Assembly (NCBI RefSeq): GCF_000012285.1
Contig: NC_007181.1
Coordinates: 30,001-62,000, forward strand
DNA length: 32,000 nt
Origin: Sulfolobus acidocaldarius DSM 639
GTDB lineage: Archaea > Thermoproteota > Thermoprotei_A > Sulfolobales > Sulfolobaceae
Reading direction: 5' to 3'
Shown: positions 5,783-14,257 of the stretch, one piece after another
How positions within the stretch are numbered: the first letter of the stretch is position 1
Layout of the letters: every line of letters starts with the position of its first letter
Position numbers and translations under genes: made by a program
Notes under the pieces: generated by a model
What the model saw: the letters and a program-made list of their open reading frames with translations, nothing else
The model's database searches: none
Told to the model about the DNA's origin: nothing

Positions 5783-8432
5783 AACTTGACACCTCTACCT
5801 TACTAGTGTCTCCCTTCTTCTCTACTCTTATGATATAGTCGCCTGCCTGAATCAATTCTTGATCATGTGTGACTAAAATTATTTGAGGAACAATCTCTAT
5901 GGCACTTCGTATAACATCTATTAGTTCTTTTCTTCTATACTCATCAAGATTTACAGTAGGTTCATCAAGTATTAATGTGGAAAATTGATTCATAAGAGCT
6001 TTTGCAATAGCTAACCTCAATGCTAACGCAATGGAAATTCTTTCACCACCACTTAATGCATTTATGTGGATTTTTTGACCAGACGCAGTATAAACATATA
6101 ATTCAGATTTTCCAACGAAATCAATCTCTACCGCTGAGAAAGATAAATCAAATTTGGCTATTACTTCGTTCACATTATTCTCTATTTGATTCCTGACAAT
6201 ATTCATTATGTGGCTCTGGAGGTGCTTATTATCTAACACTTCCCTAAGTTTTTGAAGCTTGCTTATCCCTAGGTTTAACTTACTTTCCTCATTCATTTTA
6301 TTTCTTAATTCTTCTATGTTTCTCTCCTTTTCTTCTATGTTTTTTATCTTTTCTTCTAAGCTTCCCTTTATTTTACCTTTGTCTGCTTCAATACCTGATA
6401 AAATCTTGGAAAGTTTGTCTATAATCTCTTCTAACTGTTTATACCTTTTTTCACTGTATCCAAGTTCGCTGATACGGTTAAGTAACGCATCTTCTTCTTC
6501 CTTTAACTTTTCATACTCTTCCTTTAGTCCTTTCATTCTTGTAATTTCTTCCTTTAACCTCTCATACTCTATTTTAAGTTTCTCCAGTTCACTTATCCTC
6601 CTTCTTATTCTCTCTTCCAGACTGACAAGGGATTTTAAATCAGCTGGCAGAAATTGATATTTAGCCTTGTAATCATTATAACTCTTTTCTAATTCACTCA
6701 GTTTAGAGTTAAGCTCGTTCAGTCTTTGTTCTTGTTCCTGTATGTCTTCTTCAAGTATATCAGAATTCTTAAGATACTCCTCGTGGTAATCAATAAGCTC
6801 TTTCTCTTTTTCTGCTATATTCTCAAATTCTTGATGATATGATAAAAGTGAGAGGATTTCATTTTGTAACTTATTTTTCTCTTCCTCTAGTCGTTGTAAC
6901 TCTTTGAGTTTAGCTTCATATATACCTTTCTCTTTACTCCTTTTCTGCAACTCTAACTGTAATTTATTTCTAGTGGCTTCCAGCTCTTCTCTTTCTTTAA
7001 TTAGAGAATTTATTCTAGCTTGAAGAGCAGTAATCTGTTTGTTTAGCTCAAGCAATTGTACTTTTATTTCCTCCCTGATTTTCGCTTTATGCTCACTATC
7101 TAAAGGTCTTCCACAAATGGGGCATCTATCGTCTTCAATTGAATTTAAATTATTGTAAATCTTGAGTGTCTGTTCCTTTCTTCCATTTAGGTCTCCTCTT
7201 CTGTCCAAAAGTCCCTTAAGTTCATTGTCTATTTGGTTAATTCTATCACTTACATCCTTGATTTTATTCTCTAGATCTTGTGTGTCTACATAGTTAAGTT
7301 TCTCTATTTCATTCTTTTGTCTTTCAATATTTTTTAGCACGTATGTAAGTCTCTTTTCTATTTCTTCGTATTGTTTTTCTTTCTCTTCTAACTCTTTCTT
7401 TCTCTTTTCTATTTCTTCGTATTGTTTTTCTTTCTCTTCTAACTCTTTCTTTCTCTTCAACTTCTCTTTCTTTCTTTTTAGGTCATTTTCTACCACATTT
7501 ATTTGGGATTTTAAAGAATCTATCTGAACAAGAATACTCTTAAAACTACTTATTGTGTTGATTTTCTCTCTGTTCTCGTCTAATTCTTTAACTTCTGTCT
7601 CTATTTTATTATATCTTTTTTCCTTTTCTTCAAAATCCTTTAGCCTTAAAGCGATCTCTTCAATTTTTTTATTTACAACACTTAATTCCCCTGATAAGAT
7701 ATCATATTGAACCTTAATTTCTTTAATTCTATTAAATTCTGTGTTATATTGATTTAGTTCATCCTCTTTCTCTTTAGCTTCTCTCTCTATGTTTTCTAGT
7801 TTTACCTTAATTTCTTCTATTTCTTTTTTTAGTCTGTCTATTTCAGCTTCTTCCCTCTTTAGTATATCCTTTATACTTTGTAAGCTTCTTATTCTATCGG
7901 TTAATACTTTTATTAAGGAGTGTATAGGTCCATTACTTTCTCTGAGCATCTCTAATTTGTTTATTTTTAGCAATTCTTTCATGACCTCAGGAAAGTCAGA
8001 AAATACGCTTTCTACACTACCTTGACCTATAATTGTTGTAGACATCAAAATTTTATGATCGAAGCCCAGGATCTCCTTTATCTTGTTATTAACAGTCGTA
8101 GATTGTCTAGCTAGTGTTATGATCTTTCCTTCCTTTAACAAAGATATTGTGTCCCTGCTTGTCTCACCTACATTTCTATCTATAAGGTATGTGTCGCCAT
8201 TGATCTCGAATTTTATTGAAACTTGTCCGCTTTTCTTTCCTTTCTTTATGAGCTCTTCATTTTTACCTATGTCCCTATTGGTTCTCTTGAACAATCCAAA
8301 TAGTATCCCGTCTATTATCGAACTTTTTCCGGCACCATTGTTTCCAATTATGACATTTATACTGCCCTCAAACTTAACTGTAGTATCTTCATGACTAAGG
8401 AAGTTTTGTAATCTTATCTCTCTGATTATCAT
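5772..8432 (-). CDS. rad50: Rad50 DNA double-strand break repair ATPase (886 aa)
   Basis: Motifs present: Walker A GNNGAGKSS, zinc hook CPICG at residues 437-441, signature LSGGERISIALALRLA, Walker B LILDEPTVNLD, H-loop LVTHDQE. Long coiled-coil arms flank the hook. An ATGA overlap links it to the mre11 stop. Confidence 0.95.
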   Translation of the reverse strand: MIIREIRLQNFLSHEDTTVKFEGSINVIIGNNGAGKSSIIDGILFGLFKRTNRDIGKNEELIKKGKKSGQVSIKFEINGDTYLIDRNVGETSRDTISLLKEGKIITLARQSTTVNNKIKEILGFDHKILMSTTIIGQGSVESVFSDFPEVMKELLKINKLEMLRESNGPIHSLIKVLTDRIRSLQSIKDILKREEAEIDRLKKEIEEIKVKLENIEREAKEKEDELNQYNTEFNRIKEIKVQYDILSGELSVVNKKIEEIALRLKDFEEKEKRYNKIETEVKELDENREKINTISSFKSILVQIDSLKSQINVVENDLKRKKEKLKRKKELEEKEKQYEEIEKRKKELEEKEKQYEEIEKRLTYVLKNIERQKNEIEKLNYVDTQDLENKIKDVSDRINQIDNELKGLLDRRGDLNGRKEQTLKIYNNLNSIEDDRCPICGRPLDSEHKAKIREEIKVQLLELNKQITALQARINSLIKEREELEATRNKLQLELQKRSKEKGIYEAKLKELQRLEEEKNKLQNEILSLLSYHQEFENIAEKEKELIDYHEEYLKNSDILEEDIQEQEQRLNELNSKLSELEKSYNDYKAKYQFLPADLKSLVSLEERIRRRISELEKLKIEYERLKEEITRMKGLKEEYEKLKEEEDALLNRISELGYSEKRYKQLEEIIDKLSKILSGIEADKGKIKGSLEEKIKNIEEKERNIEELRNKMNEESKLNLGISKLQKLREVLDNKHLQSHIMNIVRNQIENNVNEVIAKFDLSFSAVEIDFVGKSELYVYTASGQKIHINALSGGERISIALALRLAIAKALMNQFSTLILDEPTVNLDEYRRKELIDVIRSAIEIVPQIILVTHDQELIQAGDYIIRVEKKGDTSKVEVSSYDR
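7350..7457 (-). repeat. perfect in-frame 51-bp tandem duplication (2.1 copies) inside the rad50 coiled coil
   Basis: 7350-7400 and 7401-7451 are identical base for base, and 6 further nt match. The encoded sequence is RKKELEEKEKQYEEIEK twice. Confidence 0.9.
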
Positions 8433-9592
8433 TTGTCCTCAACACCTGCAAATTTTTTCAAAAGTTCTTCTACCTTTTTCTCGTCCTCTTCGTTTATAAT
8501 ATCAATAATTATCTTAGTTTCTTCATCAGTGTATCCTATGCCTTTAAGGTAGTCAGCTATTATATCGTTCAGAGAAGAGTATGTTGTTTTAAGTTTTGTC
8601 TTAAGGTTTTCCTCCTTAATACTCACAATGTTATTCTTATATATTCTATAATGTTCCACATAATCCCTTAAAGCCTGTAACTTAGTCATTAAAACGTCCT
8701 TTCTTATAGGTACAGTTCCCTCTAGTTCTATATGTAGAATTGGTTTTTTGTCGTTTTTCACGTTCTCCTTCAATTTTTGTATGACACTTTCTATAGACTG
8801 TTCAATTTTGTCCACGTTAATGTCTAGAACTAACTGATCTCTTATGTTGACGTTAATGTAGTTAATACTCGGTAAATCTCCTGACATATCGATTAATGTT
8901 GCCCCCTTTTTACTCTTCTGATAATCCTCGATTTCCTCTTCTCTCATTATATCAGGTGAACCAGCTATTTCAATAAGAGCTCCTCCATCTAGATAGTCTT
9001 TCCTTCTTGAATGAAGATGACCAACTGCATACAAACTAAATCCTTTAGGCAAGTCAGATAACTCAATTTGCCATGCCCCTTGATATGGTAAGTAGGTTCT
9101 AATTCCCTGATGTAGCATCAGTATGCTTTTTCTCGTTTCCGGTTTAACTTTGCTTAGCTGTTCTTTCAAGTCATTAACAGATACATTTGAAATGTGAGAA
9201 ATTCCATATACTTCAACGTTTTCTAACTTAACCCTGTTATCTATTTTTTGTAGGATTTTTATCAGATTAAATTCTTCTAGTATTCGTTGTGGGTATATTT
9301 CTTCTTTTCTTTTCGGGGAATCATGATCTCCTGCTATACATATAAAAGGAATATTGTGGTCTTTAAGCCTCTTAAGTTCCTTTATTGCATGGAGTTTTGC
9401 TCTATTAGGCGGGTTATTCACGTCAAATAAATCTCCTGTATGAATTACTGCTTTAACATGTTCATTAATTGCTATATCAATTAGTTGTGTAAATGTGTCA
9501 TAAACATCTTTTTCCCTAGATTCAAGGTTGTACTGTCTTTTACCTAGATGAGTGTCTGAAATATGAAGTAATTGCATAATATCTAACCCCAA
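8429..9592 (-). CDS. mre11: Mre11 nuclease
   Basis: Calcineurin-like phosphoesterase motifs ISDTHLG, HTGDLFD, IAGDHD, MLHQG and GHLH are present. The true start may be the second ATG at 9577 (MQLLHISDTHLG, 382 aa) rather than 9592. Confidence 0.93.
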   Translation of the reverse strand: MGLDIMQLLHISDTHLGKRQYNLESREKDVYDTFTQLIDIAINEHVKAVIHTGDLFDVNNPPNRAKLHAIKELKRLKDHNIPFICIAGDHDSPKRKEEIYPQRILEEFNLIKILQKIDNRVKLENVEVYGISHISNVSVNDLKEQLSKVKPETRKSILMLHQGIRTYLPYQGAWQIELSDLPKGFSLYAVGHLHSRRKDYLDGGALIEIAGSPDIMREEEIEDYQKSKKGATLIDMSGDLPSINYINVNIRDQLVLDINVDKIEQSIESVIQKLKENVKNDKKPILHIELEGTVPIRKDVLMTKLQALRDYVEHYRIYKNNIVSIKEENLKTKLKTTYSSLNDIIADYLKGIGYTDEETKIIIDIINEEDEKKVEELLKKFAGVEDK

Positions 9593-11070
9593 TCAGAAAC
9601 ATCTGAGTGAACAATTTCTTCTTCCTTAGCTCTCTTCCATTCTTCTGTTAGATTTGGATCACTTCCTGATAGTTTACCTTCGAACTTGTCTATTTTGATT
9701 ATTGTTGGCAGTTTAACCACATTACCTATGATTATTGCTTCACCTGTGTCCAGAGAGGACAATCCATCAGCTAAATCCTCACTTAAGTTATCACTAGTTT
9801 CTAGCACATATTTCTTATCACTTGGCTCAACTATCTTAAGGATTATCTTATTTGTCATTTGGCTAAGTATGTTCTCGTCAAGACCTTTAGGTCTCTGACT
9901 AACGATTATTAGTCCTACACCAAACTTCCTTCCTTCTCTCGCTATTCTGCCAGCCCATTTCTTCGTTAATGTATTTGTATCCTTAGACAATAGGACGTGA
10001 GCCTCCTCTACAACGGTTAGTATTGGGAATTTTAAACCAGAATCTTTCTTTATCTTATTTTCTTTCCTTGAAGTTAGTATTCTTCTTAAATAATGGGCTA
10101 CTATGGCGTCTATTGCGTCCTCGTCCAAGGAGCTAAGATTTACAACGTTTATCTTGCCTAGTTTTATTTTGTTTATGACATCACCAAATGTTATGTCAAT
10201 AATATCTGAATACCTCTCCGCAAAGTCCTCAACCTTATTCAAAACCTCATCCTTACTCTCCTTTCTTTTTTCATTTCTACCTTCTTCCTCTATTTTCACT
10301 TTTAGTCTCTCGAAGAAATTACTATTTAATTCTGCTAAGGAGGTTTTTCCTTCCTTTATTTCATTGTTTATTTCTTCTTTCAATTGATTGAAAGTCCTCC
10401 TTATTATTCTGTATTGAATATTAGCGTTTTCCCTTATTTCAAGTAAGGTAGCGAATTCATTCACAGACAGGTATAAGGGATTTAATTTTGGCTCTATGAT
10501 ATTCAAATTGGGTAGTGTACTATCGTAATACTCCCCATGGTAGTCAAATATTAAGATAGAACCTCCTATTTCGACTAGCCTCTGGGATAGTATGGCGACT
10601 GTATTTGATTTACCTGACCCTGTTGCTGCCAAAATAGCAAGGTGTCTAGATAGAGGATTTAGTCTTATTTTGACCTCCACATTACTCCCTATTAATTTTC
10701 CTATTCTAACATCCCCTGCAGAAAAAACAGTTGAAAGCTCCTCATCAGAGGCTAGTCTAACAGGTGTTCCAGCTACAGGAGGTAAATCTGGTTGTGTGAA
10801 TTTTCCGTCTAATTTACAAAGTAGTTTGATTCTGGCTTTAATGAAAAATGGGATCTTATTTGCCTCCAGTTGTTTTATTCTTTGTACAAATTTCACATCA
10901 TTCAAATTATCATCTAATAAAGGACTACCTGTATAAACATTAGTAATGAGTCCTAAAATTTTATCCCCATCATATTCAAGAATCACATAATAGCCAGCTC
11001 TAATTTTTTGCTCTAGTATGGCGGTAGCTTCATTTATAGTTGCTGACCCTATGATGTATCCTATGGTCAT
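9583..11070 (-). CDS. herA: HerA hexameric DNA translocase/helicase
   Basis: Walker A LAATGSGKSNTV and Walker B-like LTVVEEAHVLL are present. It is the first gene of the herA-mre11-rad50-nurA operon. Confidence 0.93.
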   Translation of the reverse strand: MTIGYIIGSATINEATAILEQKIRAGYYVILEYDGDKILGLITNVYTGSPLLDDNLNDVKFVQRIKQLEANKIPFFIKARIKLLCKLDGKFTQPDLPPVAGTPVRLASDEELSTVFSAGDVRIGKLIGSNVEVKIRLNPLSRHLAILAATGSGKSNTVAILSQRLVEIGGSILIFDYHGEYYDSTLPNLNIIEPKLNPLYLSVNEFATLLEIRENANIQYRIIRRTFNQLKEEINNEIKEGKTSLAELNSNFFERLKVKIEEEGRNEKRKESKDEVLNKVEDFAERYSDIIDITFGDVINKIKLGKINVVNLSSLDEDAIDAIVAHYLRRILTSRKENKIKKDSGLKFPILTVVEEAHVLLSKDTNTLTKKWAGRIAREGRKFGVGLIIVSQRPKGLDENILSQMTNKIILKIVEPSDKKYVLETSDNLSEDLADGLSSLDTGEAIIIGNVVKLPTIIKIDKFEGKLSGSDPNLTEEWKRAKEEEIVHSDVSDWG

Positions 11071-11093
11071 TTATTAAGATGTTATCCTAAAAA

Positions 11094-11102
11094 GTATATA
11101 AC
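11094..11102 (-). promoter_or_regulatory. TATA box of the herA operon
   Basis: The minus strand reads GTTATATAC, 24-32 nt upstream of ATG 11070. Confidence 0.45.
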
Positions 11103-11172
11103 GATTTATTATAGTGTGATAGTAATACCAGAACGAGAAATTAGAAAATTGTAAAAAAAGAATTTTAAAATA

Positions 11173-11547
11173 TTATGCGGCTACTTTTCCTACAGTTTCT
11201 GCAATTTTTGCTTCTTCTTCAGCAAATGCGCATAGCATTGCTTCTATGTCGGCATATCCTTCTGCTTTTGCTGTCATTGCTATTTTGTTGTATGTGGATA
11301 TGTGCTCCTCTCCCTCTTTAGTAGCGAAATCAGATAGTAACTTCTTTACCTTTAATTCGGTGGCTACTTTTCCTACAGTTTCTGCAATTTTTGCTTCTTC
11401 TTCAGCAAATGCGCATAGCATTGCTTCTATGTCGGCATATCCTTCTGCTTTTGCTGTCATTGCTATTTTGTTGTATGTGGATATGTGCTCCTCTCCCTCT
11501 TTTATTGAGAATTCTTCTAATATTTTTTCTACTTTACTGGATATCAT
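11173..11547 (-). CDS. small internally duplicated rubrerythrin/ferritin-like helical protein (124 aa)
   Basis: It contains two 61-aa repeats. Each carries EGEEHISTYNKIAMTAKAEGYADIEAMLCAFAEEEAKIAETVGKVA, which resembles one helix pair of rubrerythrin (E...Y..A..A..EGY..I......A..E...A). I place the start at ATG 11547 (MISSKVEKIL...) because TTATATAT lies 31-38 nt upstream on the minus strand (11578-11585). The track start at 11589 would lie upstream of that TATA. Confidence 0.6.
   Translation of the reverse strand: MISSKVEKILEEFSIKEGEEHISTYNKIAMTAKAEGYADIEAMLCAFAEEEAKIAETVGKVATELKVKKLLSDFATKEGEEHISTYNKIAMTAKAEGYADIEAMLCAFAEEEAKIAETVGKVAA
11179..11502 (-). repeat. two 141-bp blocks, 100% identical, spaced 183 bp apart within one gene
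   Basis: 11179-11319 equals 11362-11502 at every base by eye. A 42-bp non-repeated linker separates them. Confidence 0.9.
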
Positions 11548-11686
11548 AGGTATTCGTAATGAATAATCGGAAGGCAAATATATAAGCATTTGTTAAGCTT
11601 TTTTAATACTAAATATAATTAGCATTTTTGTATTTCAACAAAGTTTGAGATTTTTGTATTACGGAACTAAAAATCCTCTAAAAAAC

Positions 11687-12097
11687 TTAACTTGTATATA
11701 AAATTCTTTCGTATAATTTCTTTGCCTCTTCATACTTCTCCTTTGATTTGGTTTCTAATTCGTTCTTCCTTTCAGGAAGTTTTTCAGCTAATAGTTTTGA
11801 GAGCATATAAACTGTAGCTGTAAGCATAAATTTCTCTTTTAATTGCTCACTTTCCTTTTTATTTAACTCTTCGAACCAATTGGTTATATATTCTAACCCT
11901 AAATACTTTATCATTTTCTCTAATATTCCCCTAGCATGACCCAATTCAACTAAGGCTTTTTCCCTAATTTTTTCAGATTCTTCCTTTTTATTAACCTCCT
12001 CCAGCTTTTGAGAGGAGAACAATAGTAATAAATGGTCTTCGGAGTTAGCCATAAAAAGCTCTTTTAATCCTATTTCAGTCTGTGTCCCCTTCATCAC
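11687..12097 (-). CDS. hypothetical helical protein (136 aa, or about 121 aa from ATG 12052)
   Basis: The ORF-track frame uses a GTG start at 12097, with alternatives ATG 12094 and ATG 12052 (MANSEDH...). It is E/K-rich and helical, and contains an ExxH (ELGH). No family recognised with confidence. Confidence 0.5.
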   Translation of the reverse strand: MMKGTQTEIGLKELFMANSEDHLLLLFSSQKLEEVNKKEESEKIREKALVELGHARGILEKMIKYLGLEYITNWFEELNKKESEQLKEKFMLTATVYMLSKLLAEKLPERKNELETKSKEKYEEAKKLYERILYTS

Positions 12098-12138
12098 CTT
12101 TAAATTGTATTCATAGCTAATATACTCTTGTTAAAATA

Positions 12139-12187
12139 ATGATGACTAACTCCAATACTGACCAATGATGTCGTAACCCGAAACTGA
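12139..12187 (+). ncRNA. C/D box sRNA (2'-O-methylation guide)
   Basis: Read from the sequence: AUGAUGA (C, 12139-12145), 12-nt spacer CUAACUCCAAUA, CUGA (D', 12158-12161), CCA, AUGAUGU (C', 12165-12171), 12-nt spacer CGUAACCCGAAA, CUGA (D, 12184-12187). This is the canonical archaeal architecture with 12-nt guides. It is intergenic, 37 nt upstream of nnr. Confidence 0.8.
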
Positions 12188-12223
12188 ATAAAAGTAAAAT
12201 CCTTCCCTACTGAGAATATTTGT

Positions 12224-13735
12224 ATGATAACCTCAAAAAGAATGAAAGCCCTTGAAATTAATAGCGAAGCATTAGGCGTGCCAACATTACTCTTGATGGA
12301 AAACGCAGGGAGAAGTGTAAAGGATGAAATAATGAAAAGACTGAATTTGGACTATTCTAAAAAGGTTGTAGTATTTGCAGGAACTGGTGGAAAAGGAGGA
12401 GACGGATTAGTAGTAGCAAGGCACCTTGCCTCGGAAGGGTCAGAGGTTCATGTTTTACTTTTAGGCGAGAACAAACATCCGGACGCAATCATTAACTTGA
12501 ATGCAATATATGAAATGGATTATTCTATTAGAGAAGTTAAACTGATAAAAGATACTGACGAATTGCAACCAGTTAAAGCTGACGTGCTTATAGATGCCAT
12601 GTTAGGCACGGGATTTTCTGGTAAAGTTAGAGAACCATTTAGAACAGCTATTAGAGTATTTAATCAGAGCTCTGGTTTTAAGGTTTCTATAGATATACCC
12701 TCTGGGATAAATGCAGACGATGAAGAACAGCAGGGAGAACACGTTATTCCCGACCTAATAGTCACCTTTCATGATCTTAAGCCAGGCTTAAAAAAATTTG
12801 AGAGTAAAGTGGTCGTCAAGAAAATAGGTATTCCTAAAGAGGCTGAAATATATGTTGGTCCCGGTGATGTCATTGTCAATGTGAAGAAAAGAGAGTATAA
12901 CACAAAGAAAGGAGATAATGGAAGAGTTTTGATCATTGGAGGGAATTTTACATTTAGTGGAGCCCCAACTCTATCTGCTTTGGGAGCCTTAAGGACGGGA
13001 GCAGATCTGGTATATGTCGCATCTCCAGAGGAGACAGCTAAGGTCATCTCTAGCTTTTCCCCTGACCTTATATCTATTAAGCTTAAGGGAAAGAATATAT
13101 CTACAGACAATTTGGATGAGCTAAAACCATGGATTGATAAAGCTGACGTCGTAGTTGTAGGACCTGGTATGGGACAAGAAAGGGAAACTGTAGATGCTTC
13201 CATAGAGATAGTTAGATATCTGAAAGCAAAGAATAAACCTTCAGTCATAGATGCTGATGCGTTAAAATCAGTGGCAGGTATGGAATTATTCCCGAATGCA
13301 GTAATAACTCCTCATGCAGGAGAATTTAAGATATATTCAGGGGTTCAGCCTGATTCGAACATGAGAAAAAGAATTGAGCAAGTGAAGGAGTGCTCACTGA
13401 AATGTAATTGTGTAGTACTCCTTAAGGGTTATGTTGATATCATAGCAGAAAAGGAAGAATTTAAACTTAATAAGACAGGAAATCCTGGAATGGCAGTTGG
13501 CGGTACTGGGGATACATTGACAGGAATAATTGCCTCATTTATGGCTCAAAAACTATCTCCATTCACTTCTGCTTACTTGGGAGCATTCGTTAATGGTTTA
13601 GCAGGGTCTATAGCATATGAAAAACTTGGCGCACATCTAGTTGCAACAGATATAATAGAAAACATTCCTAAGGTAATTAATGAACCTTTAGAAGTGTTCA
13701 AGAAAAAAGTGTACAAAAGGATTTTAGATACTTAG
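12224..13735 (+). CDS. nnr: bifunctional NAD(P)H-hydrate repair enzyme (YjeF-N epimerase + ADP-dependent dehydratase)
   Basis: The N-terminal domain has GTGGKGGDGLVVARHL. The C-terminal carbohydrate-kinase domain has VVGPGMG, TPHAGEF and GGTGDTLTG. Length is 503 aa. Confidence 0.88.
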   Translation: MITSKRMKALEINSEALGVPTLLLMENAGRSVKDEIMKRLNLDYSKKVVVFAGTGGKGGDGLVVARHLASEGSEVHVLLLGENKHPDAIINLNAIYEMDYSIREVKLIKDTDELQPVKADVLIDAMLGTGFSGKVREPFRTAIRVFNQSSGFKVSIDIPSGINADDEEQQGEHVIPDLIVTFHDLKPGLKKFESKVVVKKIGIPKEAEIYVGPGDVIVNVKKREYNTKKGDNGRVLIIGGNFTFSGAPTLSALGALRTGADLVYVASPEETAKVISSFSPDLISIKLKGKNISTDNLDELKPWIDKADVVVVGPGMGQERETVDASIEIVRYLKAKNKPSVIDADALKSVAGMELFPNAVITPHAGEFKIYSGVQPDSNMRKRIEQVKECSLKCNCVVLLKGYVDIIAEKEEFKLNKTGNPGMAVGGTGDTLTGIIASFMAQKLSPFTSAYLGAFVNGLAGSIAYEKLGAHLVATDIIENIPKVINEPLEVFKKKVYKRILDT

Positions 13736-14193
13736 GTTTTACCCCTAATTCTTTTAATAATCTCAAGTGATTTGTTTGCATGTTCTTCTGCATTTCCTAG
13801 ACCGCTCAATACCTCTATAATTTTTCCGTTTTCGTCTATGATAAAGGTTACTCTCTGAGCACTTGAGCCTTTCTCGTTTAGAACACCGTATAATTTAGCT
13901 ATTTGTTTATTTGAGTCAGAAACTATAGGAAATCTGGCACCGCATTTGTCTGCAAAACTCTTTTGAGTTGAAACTGTATCAACACTAACACCTATAACTT
14001 CAGCATTTAACTGTTTAAATTGGTCATAAAGTTGTCCAAATTTTATGGTCTCTCTAGTACAACCAGGTGTAAACGCCTTAGGATAGAAATATAGTACAAC
14101 TACAGATTTGCCTCTATATGAAGATAGTTTCAATTTTCCTATAGTTGAATCTCCTTCAAAATCAGGAGCTTCATTTCCTTTTTCTAAAGCCAT
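13732..14193 (-). CDS. bcp: peroxiredoxin, Bcp type
   Basis: The active-site motif FYPKAFTPGCTRE is present. Length is 153 aa. Confidence 0.88.
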   Translation of the reverse strand: MALEKGNEAPDFEGDSTIGKLKLSSYRGKSVVVLYFYPKAFTPGCTRETIKFGQLYDQFKQLNAEVIGVSVDTVSTQKSFADKCGARFPIVSDSNKQIAKLYGVLNEKGSSAQRVTFIIDENGKIIEVLSGLGNAEEHANKSLEIIKRIRGKT

Positions 14194-14257
14194 AGATTAT
14201 CTGATATAAATATATTCAGTTATGGTTTTTAACCTCTTTTTCGCTTATGCCTTACAA

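Noticed and set aside
6259-8394. Plus-strand ORFs 6259..6657, 7789..8025 and 8083..8394 inside rad50
   Set aside because: The same antisense-of-coiled-coil artefact (poly S/F/L). rad50 on the minus strand carries every diagnostic motif.
9686-10936. Plus-strand ORFs 9686..9898, 10103..10387 and 10592..10936 inside herA, together with analogous antisense ORFs in nnr (12769..13248), meaB (16748..17596), the M50 protease gene (21363..21851), dnaG (28033..29139) and tyrS (29248..30178)
   Set aside because: All are nested antisense to CDSs with clear family motifs. All have biased, low-complexity translations.
12075-12097. Minus-strand GUGAUGA + 12 nt + CUGA at the 5' end of ORF 11687..12097, which looks like half a C/D box sRNA and is divergent from the real sRNA 40 nt away
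   Set aside because: No C' or D box follows within 60 nt. The GUGAUGA coincides with the GTG-ATG start codons of the ORF. It is most likely coincidence, although a half-mer guide cannot be excluded without RNA data.
14222-14257. Longer N-termini offered by the ORF track (ppcA from 14222, lysS from GTG 19360, yjbQ-like from 31237, rubrerythrin-like from 11589, Rad50 paralogue from GTG 2186)
   Set aside because: In each case a downstream ATG begins at the conserved family N-terminus and lies about 25-35 nt from a TATA-like box, whereas the extension overlaps or precedes that box. These are judgement calls, and the start codons remain uncertain by a few codons.
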